Program-made: the position numbers and the translations under genes
Part shown: piece after piece, positions 58,823 through 64,000 of the stretch
How positions within the stretch are numbered: the first letter of the stretch is position 1
How the letters are laid out: each line of letters opens with the position of its first letter
NCBI GenBank assembly: GCA_963727865.1
Contig: CAVSHY010000011.1
Coordinates: forward strand, 4,161-68,160
From: an uncultured delta proteobacterium
Lineage (GTDB): Bacteria; Desulfobacterota; GWC2-55-46
Length of the DNA stretch: 64,000 bases
Direction: 5' to 3'
Notes under the pieces: model-generated
Databases searched by the model: none
What the model saw: the letters and a program-made list of their open reading frames with translations, nothing else
Told to the model about the DNA's origin: nothing

Positions 58823-59128
58823 TTGAAGCTCCCCTCAGCTTTTCTTCGGGAAATTTTCCAAATGTAAGTTTTTTCAGAGTCCTTCATGGAGAGCCTGAAA
58901 ATAGCGGCGTTTCGAGAAGGACGTTAAAAATATCCTTCATGGGGCGCCTGAAAAAGAGCGGCGGCTCGCGCCGAGCCCGGGCGATTGTTACGCCGTCCGT
59001 TCCGGCAAGGCAGTAGTTTAAACCCGCATGCAACGCTAAACAACCGCCGTGCGCAGCGCCCTTTAAAAATTCTATTCGCTCTTACAGCGTAGCTTTTCTT
59101 CGGGCATGGCGCTCGCTATGCATTTTCA
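58823..59128 (+). mobile_element. Palindromic element copy F, two modules plus ~90 nt of extra sequence
   Basis: TTGA|AGCTCCCC..., two TCCTTCATGG...CCTGAAAA..GCGGCG units, ends GCGCTCGCTATGCATTTTCA. Confidence 0.75.
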
Positions 59129-59157
59129 GGCCCAGAACCGGGACTTTACCGCCGGGC

Positions 59158-59997
59158 CTACTCCCCCAGCGGCAGTTTGAGGCTCACGACATCCCCGCTT
59201 GTTCCAAGCGATGAAAGTTTCTCTCCGTCATAGGTTATATCTACGCCCCCGGCATTTCCTACCACAAGGTAAAAAGTATCGGCTGCCTTCCACACAACAC
59301 GATTACCTTTCCTGAGTGTAGCGTCAAAAGGCTCTCCCCCGTCAATTTTTACCTTTATCCAGACGTCTTCCGTGGCGTTGATTACGAGGGTATGTTTCTT
59401 ATCGGCGGGCTTCGCGTCAGCTGTCCCGGCGGCTGGGACTGAGGTGTTTTTCAAATTACCCGGCTCTTTCACCTTGGCGGCCGCCTGCCCCTCTATCTTT
59501 GCCTGCGGCGCTGGCGCGGCCTCCGGCTTAGGTATTGCGGTCTCGGAAGTTGCGCGTTTCAATGCTTCATTTTCCGGGACCCTTGCCTTATGTCTCGAAT
59601 AAACGGAATAAAAGAGGATGATTATTAAGGCGACCCCGGCCAGGACCGCTATCCCTTTGGCGTTATTTAAAATTCTTGCCTCTCTGGACGTATCCTTCGA
59701 TTCCATCCTGTTTAATGCGGGAGCGGGCCGTACCGGTTCCGCCTTGTCAGCCCTGTCGGATTTCTCCCGCATATACATTTCATAACGAAGGATCGCGTCG
59801 GTCTCATCAAGGCCGAGGCACTTACAGTACGCCCTTATGTAACCCTTCACAAAAGTCGGATGAGGGAGAGATTCGTAGTCGTCGGCTTCAAGCGCCGCAA
59901 GGCACTTTAATGGCACTCTTGTGGCTTCAAATATGTTTGTAAGCGAACTCCTTCTTAATTCCCTCTCCCTTTTAAGGTATTCTCCAGGACTTTCCAT
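59158..59997 (-). CDS. rodZ: Cytoskeleton protein RodZ (HTH, TM, DUF4115)
   Basis: GEYLKRERELR, FVKGYIRAY..LGLD, TM helix, WIKVKIDG, GNAGGV. Confidence 0.88.
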   Translation of the reverse strand: MESPGEYLKRERELRRSSLTNIFEATRVPLKCLAALEADDYESLPHPTFVKGYIRAYCKCLGLDETDAILRYEMYMREKSDRADKAEPVRPAPALNRMESKDTSREARILNNAKGIAVLAGVALIIILFYSVYSRHKARVPENEALKRATSETAIPKPEAAPAPQAKIEGQAAAKVKEPGNLKNTSVPAAGTADAKPADKKHTLVINATEDVWIKVKIDGGEPFDATLRKGNRVVWKAADTFYLVVGNAGGVDITYDGEKLSSLGTSGDVVSLKLPLGE

Positions 59998-60164
59998 GTT
60001 TTAACCTCAAAAAAATTATTAACGCCCGGGTAAATGCCGGCTGGTCGAGACAGGTCTTGAACCCGCGATCCGCGCGGAGACAGGTTTAAAAGGAGACGTC
60101 AAAGTGAGCTCTGCTATTTATCACGGTTATTGCGTTTTCAAAACCGGTCCCGGCCGGGCCTGAC

Positions 60165-60938
60165 CTATCTTAATATGTTTATATAGTCTTTCGCCGAATT
60201 TGCCCTGTCGCTTCCGGGCGACAGCTCCATGACCTTCTCAAACGCCTTCAGGGCGCCGGGGTTGTCTTTCTGCTTTATAAGCGCCAGTCCGAGGCTGTAG
60301 TAGGCATCCACATAATCCGGTGATGTTCTTATGGCCATTTCGTAAGCGCTTACAGAACCCTTTATATCATTCATCTTTTCATAGGTAAGCCCCATGTCGT
60401 AGTACGCGTTAGAGTAACCCTGATTTAATTCCACCGCTTTTCTAAAGCTCTCAAGAGAACTTTGATAATCCCCCTTGTTGTAAAAAGCCCATCCCATATT
60501 CAAGTACGCGAACTCAGGGGTTCTGTAGAATATGTTCTGGAGCGCGGCCTTTGATTCCGAGATGACATCATCCCACCTCCTCTCCACTATATAGACGGCG
60601 GAGAGGTTCACGTGGGCCTCTGACAACTTGGGGTCAAGGGCGATGGCCCTCTTCATTTCTTTGATCGCTTCATTGTTCATACCCTTGGCGAAGTAAGCAA
60701 GCCCCAGGGCGTTATGGTATGAGGGCTCTTCGGGGTAAATCTCTATGGCTGTCGTAAGCTCTTTAAGCGCTTCGATATAGTTCCTGTCGTTAAAGTACAC
60801 TACGCCGAGCCTGTAGTGGATCCCTGAATCTTCTTTTTTCCGGGCAAGAGTCGCCCCGCAGGATACGCACCAGAGGAGTATCATAAATAGCAGCGTGCCG
60901 CTTAAAATCTTATTTGCACTCATAAAAATACCCCTCAT
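60165..60938 (-). CDS. TPR lipoprotein, PilF/PilW/Tgl-like
   Basis: Lipobox-like CVSC, multiple TPRs, NIFYRTPE motif; lies between the rlmN cluster and rodZ. Confidence 0.75.
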   Translation of the reverse strand: MRGIFMSANKILSGTLLFMILLWCVSCGATLARKKEDSGIHYRLGVVYFNDRNYIEALKELTTAIEIYPEEPSYHNALGLAYFAKGMNNEAIKEMKRAIALDPKLSEAHVNLSAVYIVERRWDDVISESKAALQNIFYRTPEFAYLNMGWAFYNKGDYQSSLESFRKAVELNQGYSNAYYDMGLTYEKMNDIKGSVSAYEMAIRTSPDYVDAYYSLGLALIKQKDNPGALKAFEKVMELSPGSDRANSAKDYINILR

Positions 60939-60996
60939 TAATGCTCTTTTAGAGGTTCTTATTAAAAAGCGGAGGCCTTAGAACCGTCTGATTGTA

Positions 60997-61905
60997 TCAT
61001 ATATCTTCAAAATGGGTCAACCGCTTAAACTCCGCGTATCTGTCGTTAATTTCCTTGAGGCTTAAGGAATTCAGCTTTGAGAGGCTAAAGGCCTCGACAT
61101 TAAAGGACGCCATAACGCTTCCGAATATTATCGATCTTCGTATGTTCCCTTCGCTCAGGTTGCCGGTACTAGCCAGATATCCCATAACCCCCCCGGCGAA
61201 AGAGTCTCCCGCGCCTGTCGGATCGAATATGTTTTCAAGGGGGTACGCCGGCGCCGAAAATACAGACCCCCCGTTAAACATTATCGCCCCGTATTCCCCC
61301 CGTTTAATTATAAGGACCCTGGGGCCTTCTTTCATTATAACCCTGGCCGCTTTTACAAGGCTCGCCTCTCCGGCGAATTCCCGCGCCTCCGCCTCGTTTA
61401 TCACGAATATCTCGACGCGTTTAAGGAGTTTCCTCAGGGCCTCGGGCTTGCCTTCTATCCAGAAGTTCATCGTATCACAGGCCACAAGTTTCGGTTTTCT
61501 GACCTGTTCAAGGACCTTCAACTGAAGCTCCGGGTCGATATTCGCGAGGAAGACATAGGGGGCATCCCTGTACCTCTCGGGTATCTCAGGGTTAAAGGCG
61601 CTGAATACGTTCAGGTGGGTCTCCAGGGTATGGGCCTGGTTAAGGTCGTAATCGTAGCGGCCCTTCCACCTGAAGGTCTTTCCCGGGACCTTTTTCAACC
61701 CCTCAACGTCTATACCCCGGTTCTTCAGGCTCTCCACATGCTCATCGGGGAAATCCGTTCCTACAACCGCCACAAGACTTACGTCGGTGAAATAACTGGC
61801 GGATGTGGAAAAATAGGTGGCGGACCCGCCGAGCACCTCGTCAGCCTTTCCGAAAGGCGTCTCCACCGAATCAAAAGCCACTGAACCGACTACAAGAATA
61901 CCCAT
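60997..61905 (-). CDS. PfkB family carbohydrate/nucleoside kinase
   Basis: VVGSVAFDSVETPFG, DTMNFWI, KRGEYGA, DPTGAGDSFAGG. Confidence 0.9.
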   Translation of the reverse strand: MGILVVGSVAFDSVETPFGKADEVLGGSATYFSTSASYFTDVSLVAVVGTDFPDEHVESLKNRGIDVEGLKKVPGKTFRWKGRYDYDLNQAHTLETHLNVFSAFNPEIPERYRDAPYVFLANIDPELQLKVLEQVRKPKLVACDTMNFWIEGKPEALRKLLKRVEIFVINEAEAREFAGEASLVKAARVIMKEGPRVLIIKRGEYGAIMFNGGSVFSAPAYPLENIFDPTGAGDSFAGGVMGYLASTGNLSEGNIRRSIIFGSVMASFNVEAFSLSKLNSLSLKEINDRYAEFKRLTHFEDI

Positions 61906-61935
61906 ATCTGCGCTCCTCAAACCATTTTAACCCAT

Positions 61936-62796
61936 TTAAAAATTTTTTCCGAGAATCAGGGAGAGGTCTTTTTTGGTCTTCTCCGGGATGGATTTCCTAT
62001 CCGTAATGACGGCGTATTTAAGCGCGCTGGCGCACTTGCACCCGCGGTTTTCCGGGATCGAAGGCACGGCGTTTTTTATTATCTCCCTGGCCATCGCCAC
62101 ATTCGCCTTTAGAGTCTCGAGTATCATGTCCACCGTGACAGACTCCTCGGTCTCGTGCCAGCAGTCATAGTCAGTCGACAGGGCGACCGTTGAGTAGCAT
62201 ATCTCAGCCTCCCGCGCGAGCTTGGCCTCCGGTATGTTTGTCATTCCTATGACGTCCACTCCCCATGTCCTGTATATCTTCGATTCGGCCCTTGTCGAAA
62301 ACTGCGGGCCGTCGATGCAAATATATGTCCCTCCCATATGGACCGTGGCGCCGGCCTTTACAGCGGCCTTATAAAGGACCATGTTTAGATCCGCGCATAC
62401 GGGGTCTGCGAACTCCACATGCCCGACTATTCCGTCGCCGAAAAAACTGTTGGCTCTATTCTTCGTGCGGTCGAAAAACTGGTCCACGATCACCATATGG
62501 CCGGGCTTTATCTTTTCCTTCATGCTGCCGACGGCGGAAACGGATATTATCCATTCGGCCCCGAGTTTTTTCATGCCGTATATGTTAGCCCTGTAGTTCA
62601 CCTCCGAAGGTAAAAGCCTGTGTCCCCTGCCGTGCCTGGGGAGGAATACGAGCATCGTGTCGCCGAGGACCCCCGTAACGTATTCATCGGACGGGTCTCC
62701 AAAGGGGGTCTTCACTTTAACCGACTTCACCTCGCTAAGGCCTTCCATATCATAAAGCCCGCTCCCGCCGATAACACCGACCGCTTTCATCCGCAT
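61936..62796 (-). CDS. mtnP: S-methyl-5'-thioadenosine phosphorylase
   Basis: GVIGGSGLY, TPFGDPS, PRHGRGH, NYRANI, GPQFSTRAES, GMT, TDYDCWH. Confidence 0.95.
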   Translation of the reverse strand: MRMKAVGVIGGSGLYDMEGLSEVKSVKVKTPFGDPSDEYVTGVLGDTMLVFLPRHGRGHRLLPSEVNYRANIYGMKKLGAEWIISVSAVGSMKEKIKPGHMVIVDQFFDRTKNRANSFFGDGIVGHVEFADPVCADLNMVLYKAAVKAGATVHMGGTYICIDGPQFSTRAESKIYRTWGVDVIGMTNIPEAKLAREAEICYSTVALSTDYDCWHETEESVTVDMILETLKANVAMAREIIKNAVPSIPENRGCKCASALKYAVITDRKSIPEKTKKDLSLILGKNF

Positions 62797-62893
62797 TACT
62801 CCTTTTGACCTGATTTTTTAAAAGTTCGACAAATCGTGCCTGAAACCATGGGAAAACTTTAACGGTATTTCTTATCATTACGGAAGTTCACGG

Positions 62894-63974
62894 TCAATTC
62901 TTTTTTAAACACGCGTTCCCCTCGGATTTTAAACCTTCCCGCGGGTTTTCCCCGGAATACCGCCCTTTGAGCTGTCCGCATGCCGCCAGGATGTCTCCGC
63001 CTTTACTGGCCCTCACGAAAACGTTATAGTCCGAGTCGACGAGTATCTTATGGAAGGCCGAAACCCTTTCGTTACCGGGGCTCTCGTACCTGTCTCCCGG
63101 GAATTCGTTAAAAGGGATCAGATTGATCTTACAGTGTATTCCCCTCAAGAGCTTCGCGAGCCTCTTCGCGTCCTCGGGAGAGTCGTTAACGTTTTTCAGC
63201 ATGACGTACTCTATGGTTATGTGTTTCTTGCCGTGCAGCGGATAAGACCTCAAAGCGGAGATGAGCTCCTCAACAGGATATTTTTTATTTATGGGCATTA
63301 TGCGGCTTCTCACGTCATCGGTTGCCGCGTTGAGCGAGACCGCGAGATTGACCCTGCTATCCATGCCGAGCCTTCTTATCCCGGGCACAAGCCCCGAAGT
63401 CGAGACGGTAACCTTATTATGAGAGATCCCGAAGCCCTTGCCGTCCGTAAGGACCTGGATAAACCTTAAGACGTTATCGTAATTCGCGAGGGGTTCGCCC
63501 ATGCCCATGAGGACTATGTTGGTTATCCTCTCCCCTTCCTCAAGAATGCCATGCGCGGCAAAGACCTGTCCCGCCAGTTCCGAAAGGCTTAAATTCCGCG
63601 TAAAACCGGTCATCCCCGTCATGCAGAAGCGGCAACCCGAGGGCGCAGCCAACCTGCGTGGAGACGCACAGGGTAAGCCTGCCGGTCTCGGGTATCAGGA
63701 CGGATTCTATCCTTGAGCCGTCCTCAAGGGCTGAGAGGAACTTTCTCGTCCCGTCGGAGGATCTTTTTACGTCAAGTACGGTTATTCCTCCGATGTAGAA
63801 CTCCTCTTTAAGCCTTTCCCGCAGGGCCTTCGGGGTATCGGTCATGGAATCGATATCAGGGGCGTCCCTGTGGAATATCCATCCGAAGAGCTGCCCGGCC
63901 CTGTAAGGTTTTTCTCCGAGCTCCTTTACCATAAGCAGGAGATCATCGTATGTGAAGTCCCTCAAGTTTTTCAT
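62894..63974 (-). CDS. rlmN: 23S rRNA m2A2503 methyltransferase RlmN, frameshifted at 63636-63638
   Basis: DGTRKFL, IESVLIP, CVSTQVGCALG|CRFCMTG (CxxxCxxC split by one extra G), MGMGEP, EYVML, NLIPFN, AACGQL. Confidence 0.93.
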
Positions 63975-64000
63975 AATTGAAGGCCGGGGAAAATTAAAGA

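Noticed and set aside
60042-60090. tRNA-like 3' fragment (GCGGGTTCAAGACCTGTCTCGACCA on the minus strand)
   Set aside because: No D-arm, anticodon arm or acceptor 5' strand, and no integrase nearby; probably chance.

Overview
Mostly core chromosome of an anaerobic, Gram-negative, deltaproteobacteria-like bacterium. The lineage is inferred from mglBA and from the rlmN-mtnP-pfkB-pilF-rodZ and DUF4416-yicC-gmk-rpoZ gene orders. Nearly all genes lie on the minus strand. Contents: two RpoD-type sigma factors; a three-gene archaeal-type glutamate synthase co-oriented with HdrB, HdrC and a ferredoxin; an aldehyde dehydrogenase; a long-form HflX that appears to start at ATA; a small accessory block with an IS200 inserted into a cupredoxin gene; a large LPS-core/heptose cluster; engB, a PilB/GspE ATPase, hisS, acs, rpsU, dnaG, mutS2, mglBA, porCDAB, recR-ybaB-dnaX; SRP RNA and two tRNA-Ser. 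The most unusual features are: (i) six copies of a non-autonomous IS200/IS605-like palindromic element (111-nt core, always after TTGA, ending in TTCA or a variant) carrying 0-3 copies of a ~54-nt internal module, with one copy inserted in frame in a lipoprotein gene; (ii) the HdrBC-ferredoxin-split GOGAT cluster with no NAD(P)H input subunit in view; (iii) the non-AUG hflX start; (iv) G-quadruplex motifs between gmk and rpoZ. Single-base frameshifts in yicC, waaF, hisS and rlmN look like sequencing or assembly errors. All calls come from reading the sequence; no database searches were run.
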